A DNA stretch of 64,000 nucleotides, taken from positions 399,672 to 463,671 of the forward strand of contig CAYNQD010000001.1 in the NCBI GenBank assembly GCA_964399295.1, written 5' to 3'. This DNA is from an uncultured Candidatus Saccharibacteria bacterium (GTDB taxonomy: Bacteria > Patescibacteriota > Minisyncoccia > Phycocordibacterales > UBA918). Position 1 is the stretch's first letter. Each line of letters begins with the position of its first letter. Positions 48,636 to 57,051 of the stretch are shown in pieces. The position numbers and the translations under genes were made by a program. The notes beneath the pieces were generated by a model that was not told where the DNA came from, ran no database searches, and was given only the letters and a program-made list of their open reading frames with translations.

Positions 48636-51600
48636 TTACCACCACAACCCAGAAAGCCCTGCCTCTTTCATCTGTGCACGAGTAATTGGCCCGAAGTAGC
48701 CACCCCGTGGCGCGATACCGTTCGCAACCTGATACGCATCAAGTGCATACTGAGTTTGAGTACCAAAGTAACCTGTTGCCCCAGCCGGTATAGAGTACCC
48801 TTGTCCAATAAGAAGCGTCTGGAGTCGACGAACATCTTCCCCGTCCATACCATATTCAAGATCACGAACAGATAGTGATCCATTCTCAACACCAAGCATG
48901 ATAAGAATATTTTGTGGTAATACAATACCAGCTTCATGTGCCCGGATAAGTAAATCTCGATGCTGATCAACTATTTTTTGCAGGGCTTGTTCAGGGCTAT
49001 CGTACTTACATAACTCCTGTTTGTGTGCTGAAAAATACTCATAGTTAGAAGCGTTAGTATCTTTGCAGCCAAAGTGTGTACCACCAGTTGTCCGACTACC
49101 TGTAGGTTCTTCTGTTTCAGGACTAGTGCCAAACAATCCAAAAATAGAGAATGATGGAGTCGTACAAGAAATAGAGTTTGCATCAGTATCTAGTACACAG
49201 TCATTGAGTGCTATCCATTGCCCTCCGGTGTAGTGATAGAGCCAGAGTGTTGATTCATCGATACCCGAGACTTCATCTTCAGTGTATTCGTAATCAATTG
49301 TTACTTCAGTATCAAACGAATCGAAAATAGTATCACCATTTACAATTGCTTTTACATCAAATACCGTAGCGCCAATTTCATTTGGTGCCGAGCTTGGACG
49401 TCCAAGTGCGGTGAGTACTGCAGTGTTTGGTACTGCCTTTACCTGGATAACAATTGTTGAGTCAACAGGAGCATCTGCTGTTACTGAAAAAGTCTTTGCA
49501 TTTTCAGTCACATTGGTCGTGCCAGTGTTACCAGCATATATTGTGGTTGAAGTAGCTGTTGTTGGTGTAGCATTACCTGTACAACCAGTCGTGGTAAATG
49601 TACTGTCTGTTGACGTAGCAGTATTGGACGCACCATCAGTTGAAACAACGGCATAATGATACATAGTACAAGACAACAAACCAGAAAGATTTACTACATG
49701 CTCAGTCACGCGTGGTGATGTATTGATTTCAGCAGTAGTGGTTCCGTACAAATTAGTTAAACCATAAGATACCTTTGAAGAAGCATTCTCATCAGTAGTC
49801 CAAGAGATTGTAGCTCCTGAATCAGAAATTGATGATGCGACAACTTCACTAACTATAGGATCATCAGCATCTTCTTCCGGCTCCTCAGAACCGGTCCCAA
49901 GACTGAACATTTCTCCAGGAGTAAGGGCTCGATTATAAACTCGCACATCGTCAATATAGCCATCGAATGGTCCTGAACTTCCGCCATCTTGTACCCCAAT
50001 ACCAATAGAGAAATTATCTCCCGTACCGTAATTATCAGTAGGACTATCTGAAGATATGCCTACTTGGTCGCCATCAACATACAAGATCACATTTTCACCA
50101 TCACCAAGACAGGTAATATGGTGCCAAACATTGAAAAATGTTTCAGGATCATAAGTCCAATTCACCTCACCATGAGGTGTCCAGCACCTTAGTTGGTTGT
50201 CAGTGGTGAAAAAGAATTCAAATACATTATTTGCTCCAAACCAACCCTCGTTATCTGCAGCGGAACGTGGATATGCCCAACCAGCTAGAGTAAATTCAGG
50301 ATAATTGTTGAGAGAGAGTGAAGTGGTGATTCCGTCATTTACACCATCAAAATTCAAGCTATGAGAATCTGTAAACTCCACATCTGGAGGTGTAGTCGTG
50401 GAATATGAGGCACCGCTAATAGTTCCATTTTTACGATTAACAGTAGAATCAAGTGCCGTACTTCCTGATCCTTCGTCAAATCTCCAGTAAGCTACGAGAG
50501 AGTCATCCCAAGTCTGCCCAGTCGTTACAGCAACGGTTGCTTCAGCAGAACTTGGAGAAGGGTCTATATATCCGTCAGCTGGAACGGCATTTATACTATG
50601 ACTCAAAGTGGTACTAGCATTCACAGCCGAACCAACTGTTGCTTCAACAGTGACGGTAGCCACCTCCCCATCATCTAAACTAACTACAAATGAATCAATA
50701 TCAGATTCATCTCCAGAACCTGAATCAGCACCAGTCGAGGTGTAGCTCCAAATCACATCAGTGAATCCTGTATGTCCGATAACCATATCGTTGGTCACTG
50801 TTACCTCACCAGCATCATTTGGACCATTGTTAGTGACCGTATACGTATATTCTAAAGTGTCGCCATATCGATATGTACCATCTGGAGCATCAGTGACAGA
50901 AACGGCAATATCTGTCGGTAGAGACACTTGCAGATTGTCTATCGCATGAATGTTTGTTGATCCGCCTGTACCAGCTGTAAAGCCAAGTTTAAAGAAGTCT
51001 GGCGGCACGTCGTCATAAGCATAATCATCAATCACTGTGTGCCATGTTGCTCCATCGTCCCAACTCATCTCAACCCGAATTACCGCACCAGAGTCATTTG
51101 GTGATATAGATATTCGAGCCCTTCTCCACCCTCCATCAATTGTTTGACTGATTGGTGAATCCGATACTCTTGTGTGAGTTAAGTAGTTATATCCACTAGT
51201 TCCATTTCCAGACCCGCGTAAAGTGACGTTATCTGGAGCAGAACTTCCAATCCCAGTTTTTCCACCACCTGCTACAGGAAAACCTCCATACTCATCAAAT
51301 CCAACTCCAAGATATGCATGAGGTACTCCGGGAGTACTGCCACTAAGCGCATATCCAAGCGAAGAACCAAAGGCACCAGCTGCGATATTACCAACATTTA
51401 CCAAATCTCCATCCACCAAAAAGAATGCGAGACCATCTGCACCGGTTCCACCACCAGAGTAGTAGTCGAACTCAACAACAATACCGTTATCAGAAGAAAA
51501 AGCGGTGTCATAATATCCTAGTCCAGCTTGACTAGTAGCGGCAGTAGTGAGACGCAAGGTTTCTTCTGAATCTACCACAGCTCCCCAGGACGCACTACTA

Positions 51601-52406
51601 CCAAGAATCCATTTAACTGGTTTAGCTTCATCAAAATTTTCAGAAATAGGAAACACTCCAGAAAGCTCAGAAATTTCACCTGGAGTTAGGGCCCGTGAAT
51701 ATACTCGTACATCATCAATTTTGCCTTGGAAATACCGCTGCAAACTATTTTCATAGTTTGAGGCTCCGATAGGAAGAGATACATCGCCTAGATTAATATC
51801 CATATCGAGACCAGTGATAGTGTCTCGTGCAACTCCATCATAGTAGAGCGTGCCGTTACCCTGATCTATTACTATAGAAATGTTATGCCATTCGCTATCT
51901 GCATAACTCACTGTGTAATTTAGGTCTTTACGAGCACCATCAGCTCCACGAAATAAACCTTGAATTTCGCCTGAAACAAGATATATTTCGGCCAGAGGAG
52001 TACCCGGTTTACTGCTATCACGAGCTGAAAATATTCCTTTACCTGACTGATTTGTACCAGTCTTAAACCATAGCGACCACGTAAAAGAATCCCCGTCTGA
52101 ATACACAGGGCTGTACGTAGTTGCAACAACGTCGTCTGTACCATCAAAATCTAAACTGCGTGGATTAGTAAAACTTACATCAGGAACATCACTCGAAGGC
52201 TGTGGTTTGTCGTTTGCACCCGTAGCTCCACTTGGTGTTCCGTGACGATCACCTCCTGATGAATCAATAACCGAACTTACTCCATCACTCATGGTCTCAT
52301 CCAATTTCCAATATCCGACTAAATCATCCGACGCAGAGATTGTTGGAACTATATAAAATAATCCTACTGCCAGTACTGTTGATGTAATAAAAAAATATCG
52401 CTTCAT
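48636..52406 (-). CDS. Giant secreted surface protein: two LamG/ConA-like lectin domains, FN3/Ig-like modules, C-terminal peptidoglycan-binding domain
   Basis: 1256 aa; signal peptide; YWKLDETMSDG...FDGTDDV and YWRFDEGSGSTALDS...FDGVNDG LamG-like modules; C-terminal LEYGMDGEDVRRLQTLL...GYFGPITRAQMKEAGLSGLWW nearly identical to C-terminus of the 912-aa paralog. Confidence 0.75.
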   Translation of the reverse strand: MKRYFFITSTVLAVGLFYIVPTISASDDLVGYWKLDETMSDGVSSVIDSSGGDRHGTPSGATGANDKPQPSSDVPDVSFTNPRSLDFDGTDDVVATTYSPVYSDGDSFTWSLWFKTGTNQSGKGIFSARDSSKPGTPLAEIYLVSGEIQGLFRGADGARKDLNYTVSYADSEWHNISIVIDQGNGTLYYDGVARDTITGLDMDINLGDVSLPIGASNYENSLQRYFQGKIDDVRVYSRALTPGEISELSGVFPISENFDEAKPVKWILGSSASWGAVVDSEETLRLTTAATSQAGLGYYDTAFSSDNGIVVEFDYYSGGGTGADGLAFFLVDGDLVNVGNIAAGAFGSSLGYALSGSTPGVPHAYLGVGFDEYGGFPVAGGGKTGIGSSAPDNVTLRGSGNGTSGYNYLTHTRVSDSPISQTIDGGWRRARISISPNDSGAVIRVEMSWDDGATWHTVIDDYAYDDVPPDFFKLGFTAGTGGSTNIHAIDNLQVSLPTDIAVSVTDAPDGTYRYGDTLEYTYTVTNNGPNDAGEVTVTNDMVIGHTGFTDVIWSYTSTGADSGSGDESDIDSFVVSLDDGEVATVTVEATVGSAVNASTTLSHSINAVPADGYIDPSPSSAEATVAVTTGQTWDDSLVAYWRFDEGSGSTALDSTVNRKNGTISGASYSTTTPPDVEFTDSHSLNFDGVNDGITTSLSLNNYPEFTLAGWAYPRSAADNEGWFGANNVFEFFFTTDNQLRCWTPHGEVNWTYDPETFFNVWHHITCLGDGENVILYVDGDQVGISSDSPTDNYGTGDNFSIGIGVQDGGSSGPFDGYIDDVRVYNRALTPGEMFSLGTGSEEPEEDADDPIVSEVVASSISDSGATISWTTDENASSKVSYGLTNLYGTTTAEINTSPRVTEHVVNLSGLLSCTMYHYAVVSTDGASNTATSTDSTFTTTGCTGNATPTTATSTTIYAGNTGTTNVTENAKTFSVTADAPVDSTIVIQVKAVPNTAVLTALGRPSSAPNEIGATVFDVKAIVNGDTIFDSFDTEVTIDYEYTEDEVSGIDESTLWLYHYTGGQWIALNDCVLDTDANSISCTTPSFSIFGLFGTSPETEEPTGSRTTGGTHFGCKDTNASNYEYFSAHKQELCKYDSPEQALQKIVDQHRDLLIRAHEAGIVLPQNILIMLGVENGSLSVRDLEYGMDGEDVRRLQTLLIGQGYSIPAGATGYFGTQTQYALDAYQVANGIAPRGGYFGPITRAQMKEAGLSGLWW

Positions 52407-52522
52407 TGCGAGATAATTATATCAACTTCAAATTAATATTGATAGAGAGAGCAAGTAATACACCTATGGGCGGACTACGTATGCACAGATGAATCAAATG
52501 TCCACCTTTTTATAAACCTGAA

Positions 52523-52558
52523 TAGGATTCGGACTTAACGCCAAAAAGTGGCTTAAAA
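52523..52558. repeat. Degenerate copy of the repeat unit (AGGATTCGGACTTAACGCCAAAAAGTGGCTTAAAAATAT)
   Basis: Similarity to AGGATTCGAACCG...AAAATATGGCTTAA unit; lies upstream of the 1256-aa gene. Confidence 0.45.
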
Positions 52559-52601
52559 ATATAAATAGGAGTTACCACCGTCTGGAGCAATCTCTGAATT
52601 T

Positions 52602-52868
52602 CTATTCGCTCTCTTCTAGATAAGTCTTCTCAGGAAGTACGGCGTCAGGATTATCTTCTCGTGCCTTTCTATACACCTCTTCAATCGCGTTCTTGCACTG
52701 ATTGAGATCATCTACTCGAAAAAGAAACATCACCTCTTCAGGATTATCTGCATTTACCCAAAGGTGTTCGAGATACATACCTTGAGCAACATGTGATTCT
52801 TTATCTGCTTCCAGCTGCTTTTTTACAGCTTCAATTGGAGCGGTTATTTTATTAAGTATATGTGCCAT
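52602..52868 (-). CDS. Small hypothetical protein
   Basis: 88-aa ORF, acidic; no motif. Confidence 0.4.
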   Translation of the reverse strand: MAHILNKITAPIEAVKKQLEADKESHVAQGMYLEHLWVNADNPEEVMFLFRVDDLNQCKNAIEEVYRKAREDNPDAVLPEKTYLEESE

Positions 52869-52902
52869 ATAGATATTTAATTACTAATTAAACCCAATTC
52901 AA

Positions 52903-53331
52903 CTATCCTGCCAACACTTTTATCCTATCCAAAGCCAAAGGAACTCTTGTATTCATTGTTTCTTCTTGAGATGGTGGAATGTCCATAGCTATCTTCAGAG
53001 TAGTAACACCATCAGTTTCTGTTAATGAGTAACTCTCAGTACCACCTGTCCATTCTTTTTCTCGTTCTTGTTTTCCACTTTCTTTAGTGTTAGCACTATG
53101 TCTGAATTGTACAAACTCACCTGGAATGAATTTCTCAACTAAACTTGTTACGCCATATCCACCTACAGAAGAAATGAATTGTATCTCGTTTCCTTCTTTC
53201 AACTCACCAACCATATATGTTCCTTCATCAATAAGGTTTGCCCAATCACGAAAGGTGGTATCCTCCCAAAGGATGCTTCAAACTTTTTCACGAGGTGCTT
53301 GTATATCAATTGAAAATTCTTTTTGTTGCAT
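52903..53331 (-). pseudogene. SRPBCC/AHSA1-family protein gene interrupted by in-frame TGA at codon 18 (conserved Trp position)
   Basis: ATG at 53331: MQQKEFSIDIQAPREKV-[TGA at 53278-53280]-SILWEDTTFRDWANLIDEG...; SRPBCC N-terminal motif is normally I-A-P-x-E-x-V-W; TGA is an authentic stop elsewhere in window, and TGG to TGA is a single transition. Confidence 0.55.
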
Positions 53332-53346
53332 AAAATTCTTAGTCTA

Positions 53347-53775
53347 CTAAAACACAAGGTCACTAACTTCAACTGAAGGATATTCTTCTATATACATCTC
53401 ACCCCTTGCACCCATATATGCCACTTTTCTTTTTAAAAAATCCACGTCGTACCCCCACGCTCCAGCATCCCATATTGCCTTCAAGAATTCTGGGAATGTA
53501 CTTTCTCTTGCCTGATCGGTACGAATTGCTTTAATAATTGCTTCCTCGTCAAATCTGGAAACCTCTGTCATACCAGTAACAAGTGGAGTACCTTGATTGA
53601 TAATGTACTCACCATCATCCATCAAATACATACTCGTGACCGCAGGTAACGACCAAATGTTGTGCTTTACGCCTGCCTTACGAAGACACTCTGCAAGGAA
53701 TGGAAAACCACCGACCTTTGGTCGGTTTGCCATTGCGTATTCCATAGCTTTTTGGAGTTTCTCTTTTGGATTCAT
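53347..53775 (-). CDS. Hypothetical protein
   Basis: 142-aa ORF (MNPKEKLQKAMEYAMANRPKVGGFPFLAECLRKAGV...), no RBS seen. Confidence 0.5.
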   Translation of the reverse strand: MNPKEKLQKAMEYAMANRPKVGGFPFLAECLRKAGVKHNIWSLPAVTSMYLMDDGEYIINQGTPLVTGMTEVSRFDEEAIIKAIRTDQARESTFPEFLKAIWDAGAWGYDVDFLKRKVAYMGARGEMYIEEYPSVEVSDLVF

Positions 53776-53807
53776 AGATTTATTATATTACTTTTTGATT
53801 GACGAAC

Positions 53808-54005
53808 CTAGGACTCGAACCGACTAAATGGCTTTAAATATGAATATTCTAAATTCAAGAAAAATCACTAAAGTTCGTGCCCATGACTCGTTCTTAAAAT
53901 GCTTTGGAAAATATGGCAATTTTAGGAGACACGGTCTGTCTCACATGATTGCTGCCGCGCTAGGATTCGAACCGTCTCGGTCTAGAACCAAAATATGGCT
54001 TAATG
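53808..54005 (-). repeat. Composite repeat module F: unit U (GGACTCGAACCGACTAAATGGCTTTAAA) + spacer with GGAGACACGGTCTGTCTCAC hairpin + tRNA-3'-end-like copy C
   Basis: Aligns along its length with modules at 54752-54940 and 56098-56312 (the last carries a genuine tRNA-Gln in place of copy C). Confidence 0.7.
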
Positions 54006-54076
54006 TAGACACCATTTTTTCATTCTCGTGCGTAGGCAAGGGCAGAATAGTGATTCATGCACCTTTACCTCTCTAT

Positions 54077-54679
54077 TTAACATATCTCATTAAATCTCTT
54101 ACGGAGACTAATGAAAAATACGGTATGCACGCCAAGTCCAATACTGTACGCAATCAACAATTCAAACAATCCAGCATATCCGTTTATCGTATAAAAATAA
54201 AGAATATATGCGCTTAGTGGCAAATTAAGCAAAACCGAAGAGATTGAGCCAGGAGAGTAAGCTCCAGTGGTAATATGGGTAGTTAGGTGCCAAGCCCCGT
54301 TAATTAAGAAAATAGAAGCAATTCCCAGTGTAAGCCATAAATAGTTAGTGCCGATTACAGCCAATAAACCCATAATTACAATACCGGCGGTAGCATCAGT
54401 AAAGAAAGCATTCTTTGCTGAAAGAGGTTTGTCTAAATCACTACTCCGAAAAAAGCTACCGTTAATCCATTTAATAAATCCACCTGGCCATATATATTCT
54501 TCAAACGTATGAAAGCCTCCAACAATAACCAAAAACCAGATAACCCAGTCAGGATTTGTCATACGTGACGGTTCAAGTAAGAGCAAGGCAACCAAAACTA
54601 TCGCAACAATAGTTACAATCCCATTAAGTAATTGGGTGTAGAGTGTATACTTCTTGATTTCGTTTGTTTGATTTTCCAT
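54077..54679 (-). CDS. HXXEE-domain membrane protein
   Basis: GGFHTFEEYIWPGGF HXXEE motif, multiple TM helices; ORF-track N-terminal 46 aa (54680-54817) translate the repeat module, so Met at 54679 (MENQTNEIKKY) is the likely start. Confidence 0.65.
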   Translation of the reverse strand: MENQTNEIKKYTLYTQLLNGIVTIVAIVLVALLLLEPSRMTNPDWVIWFLVIVGGFHTFEEYIWPGGFIKWINGSFFRSSDLDKPLSAKNAFFTDATAGIVIMGLLAVIGTNYLWLTLGIASIFLINGAWHLTTHITTGAYSPGSISSVLLNLPLSAYILYFYTINGYAGLFELLIAYSIGLGVHTVFFISLRKRFNEIC

Positions 54680-54751
54680 TTGTTGATCACCTAAATTATA
54701 GCACTGAGTCTTAGTTTTATATGCTAATACGAATTGATGAGAAAATGCGTT

Positions 54752-54940
54752 TAGGACTCGAACTACAGAAACGGCTTTAAATAAGACTTTTGCAAATTCA
54801 GCGAAGTTCGAGTCCATGACTCATTCTAAATATGCATTGCAAAATATAGCGATTTTAGGAGACACGGTCTGTCTCACATGGCTGCTGCCGCAAAAGGATT
54901 CGAACCGTCTCGGTCTAGAACTAAAATAGGGCTTAAATTA
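54752..54940 (-). repeat. Composite repeat module G (unit U + hairpin spacer + tRNA-3'-end-like copy D)
   Basis: TTAGGACTCGAACTACAGAAACGGCTTTAAA...ATATAGCGATTTTAGGAGACACGGTCTGTCTCACATGGCTGCTGCCGCAAAAGGATTCGAACCGTCTCGGTCTAGAAC. Confidence 0.7.
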
Positions 54941-54979
54941 TATATTTTTATCTTCAAACCAGTTCGAGTCTCTGACAGG

Positions 54980-55447
54980 TCACTTGTGCCTTCTCTCAGC
55001 CATCTTGATAAAAAGCTCCTTGGTCTCATCAGAAAAACCATTTTTATAATCACCCAGAAACAGATCTCTCACCTCAAGCTGATACACCTTCAAACTTGGC
55101 AACCTCTCTATCTCAACCCATACTGGCTCAAACACCTGTTCTCCATTTCTCATTTGTTCTACTTCGATAGAATCAGGGTGCAATTGTGGTTCTCCTGAAA
55201 CATACTCACAAAGATAGAAAAAATTCTCTTCGCCCGTATCCCAAGTTATATGATAGAGAGACTTTTTCGGTACGACAGTAATCATTGTCTCTTCATCTAT
55301 TTCTCGAACCGCTGCCTGTTCAGGCGTTTCCCCTTCTTCGACACCTCCGCCAGGAAACACCCAATATTCATCACCCTTATTGAAGCGATGTATGAGAAGC
55401 ACTTTTCCATCTTTGATAACTATTCCTGCTGAGCGGTTTCGATTCAT
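54980..55447 (-). CDS. NUDIX hydrolase
   Basis: 155 aa; Nudix box GGGVEEGETPEQAAVREIDEETMI. Confidence 0.88.
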   Translation of the reverse strand: MNRNRSAGIVIKDGKVLLIHRFNKGDEYWVFPGGGVEEGETPEQAAVREIDEETMITVVPKKSLYHITWDTGEENFFYLCEYVSGEPQLHPDSIEVEQMRNGEQVFEPVWVEIERLPSLKVYQLEVRDLFLGDYKNGFSDETKELFIKMAERRHK

Positions 55448-55448
55448 C

Positions 55449-56060
55449 TTAGTTCAGAGATTTAATGATTTTAACAATCTCAGGAAACTCAGAGATCTTG
55501 AAATGTCCGTTCTTGCTTTCATAGATGATAATTTCCGAGCTCTTTAATTTCTTTCTGTATTTTTCAGCGTGAGAAACAGGAACAGAAGGATCGTCTTTTG
55601 AAAACATGAGATATGTTTTCTTTGAATTCTTTTCAATCAGAGAAAGATCGCTGCCGAGCTTGAAACCGCCCACCAAATCTTCTCCTTCAACCGTATTGTC
55701 ATACGGGGGACAAATCATAAATGTTGCTTTTATCTTCTTTGGAAATTTGTTCTCAGAAAGATATTTCGCCAAAAAGATGCCGCCGAGCGACGAGCCAATA
55801 AGAATGATATCGTTTCGAAAATACGGAAAATGCCTTTCAAAGAAAATCTTCCAGTCAGCATATTTTGCATCATCCTGCAAAGGCATTCGGGGTCGAATAA
55901 TGTCGAATTCTTTTCCGAGCTTATTTTCCAAATACTCATCGCTCCATCTCTCCTTCTTTTCTACAGAAACCGTTCTGTTGTTGAGCCAGTCAATATAATC
56001 CTTCTTGTTCTTGAAGGTCATTCCGCCGTGAATTACGAATATTTGAGTTTTGCTTTTCAT
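55449..56060 (-). CDS. Alpha/beta-hydrolase-fold serine hydrolase (RBBP9/YdeN-like)
   Basis: 203 aa; nucleophile elbow GSSLGG; abuts NUDIX gene (operon). Confidence 0.7.
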   Translation of the reverse strand: MKSKTQIFVIHGGMTFKNKKDYIDWLNNRTVSVEKKERWSDEYLENKLGKEFDIIRPRMPLQDDAKYADWKIFFERHFPYFRNDIILIGSSLGGIFLAKYLSENKFPKKIKATFMICPPYDNTVEGEDLVGGFKLGSDLSLIEKNSKKTYLMFSKDDPSVPVSHAEKYRKKLKSSEIIIYESKNGHFKISEFPEIVKIIKSLN

Positions 56061-56097
56061 TATTTTTATTTTATCACCTTCAGCCCAAATGACCCAT

Positions 56098-56240
56098 CTT
56101 GGACTCGAACCGGTCGAAGGGCTTAAAATAAAGCTTTTCCAAATTTAACGAAAATCACAAAATTTCGAGCCCATGACTCGTTCAAAATATATGTTGCTAA
56201 ATATAGCGATTTTAGGAGACACGGTCTGTCTCACATGAGT
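56098..56240 (-). repeat. Repeat module H (unit U + hairpin spacer) immediately 3' of tRNA-Gln
   Basis: TTGGACTCGAACCGGTCGAAGGGCTTAAAA...ATATAGCGATTTTAGGAGACACGGTCTGTCTCACATGAG. Confidence 0.7.
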
Positions 56241-56241
56241 G

Positions 56242-56312
56242 CTGCCGATCAGGGACTCGAACCCCAATAGACGGTACCAGAAACCGTAGTCCTACCATTA
56301 GACGAATCGGCA
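56242..56312 (-). tRNA. tRNA-Gln (anticodon CUG)
   Basis: Minus strand TGCCGAT-T-C-GTCT-AATGGTA-GGAC-T-ACGGT-TTCTGGT-ACCGT-CTAT-TGGGG-TTCGAGT-CCCTG-ATCGGCA-G: 7-bp acceptor with U1-A72 and G73 (GlnRS identity elements), U8, D-loop GG, anticodon loop UU-CUG-GU, T-loop GTTCGAGTC; CCA not encoded. Confidence 0.8.
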
Positions 56313-56443
56313 ATATTTTCAACGACAGACCAAGCTGGTTTTATCTGTCGTGGCACCATTCTGCCACAGCTGGAAAAAGATTCAAGTGATTTAATCTACT
56401 TTCAATCAGATTACTCAATGAACAACTAAAATTTTACAGAATT

Positions 56444-57043
56444 TTACAACACCTCCCAACTACATTGATTTTGTCTATGCCGATGACGCAAGTGAATGAC
56501 GCAAGCATTTTTCATGGTCAAAATTTTCATGAAGCGTTTGACGGCCCTCCCTATTTTCATTTGCTTATCGTTACACAAATGTTCAATAAAAATATTGATA
56601 AAGACGGCATGCGACACCACCACCACGCGCGAATCATCTGGTAATCCCTCTAGGTGCCGGCGGGCTTCAATAATCCGCTTAAGAAAATCGGCATAATTCT
56701 CCCCCTCACCTTTTATTCGTAAATTAAAAAACCAACGCCAGACATACCAGGCCGTCACCAGGCTCACATACCGACCGCCGATCATCCAGTGCGGGCGGCG
56801 TATTTCTTCAAAATTAGGGTCTGTTTCCGGTATCAAGCCACAACGCTCAGCAATAATCTTGGCCGTTTGAACTGCTCGCAAATTGGTGCTGCAAATAATA
56901 TGGGTTGGCTTAAACCGCAAAATTTCATCAGCAATCTCTTCAATCTGCTTTCTCCCCACTTCGTTTAGAGTAGTATCCTGATGCTGATGCCGCAAGGCCA
57001 CGTTGCCGTCAGTTTCTCCATGTCTAACCAAATAAACATCCAT
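56444..57043 (-). CDS. Histidine phosphatase family protein (phosphoglycerate mutase-like)
   Basis: 199 aa; N-terminal VYLVRHGETDGN RHG motif. Confidence 0.8.
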   Translation of the reverse strand: MDVYLVRHGETDGNVALRHQHQDTTLNEVGRKQIEEIADEILRFKPTHIICSTNLRAVQTAKIIAERCGLIPETDPNFEEIRRPHWMIGGRYVSLVTAWYVWRWFFNLRIKGEGENYADFLKRIIEARRHLEGLPDDSRVVVVSHAVFINIFIEHLCNDKQMKIGRAVKRFMKILTMKNACVIHLRHRHRQNQCSWEVL

Positions 57044-57051
57044 AACAAAAT

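Noticed and set aside
53278-53280. Alternative genetic code (UGA=Trp or Gly) suggested by TGA at the conserved Trp of the SRPBCC gene
   Set aside because: TGA is a bona fide stop for other well-supported genes in the window (e.g. the PBP gene at 21171-21173). A single TGG to TGA transition in an accessory-region gene is more parsimonious as pseudogenisation or an error.
32844-54940. tRNA-like copies A-D (…GGTTCTAGACCGAGACGGTTCGAATCC…CGGCAGCA) as complete functional tRNA genes
   Set aside because: Only the T-loop and 3' acceptor strand are tRNA-like. The would-be T-stem has at most 2-3 pairs. No matching 5' acceptor strand, D-arm or anticodon arm could be found upstream. They are better explained as 3'-end fragments or pseudo-tRNAs.
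53828-55198. Plus-strand ORFs 53828..54217 and 54878..55198 (MAAAAKGFEPSRSRTK…, MALNMNILN…)
   Set aside because: They are translations across the tRNA-derived repeat and hairpin spacer. They are antisense to better-supported minus-strand genes, and their conserved peptide simply reflects repeat nucleotide identity.
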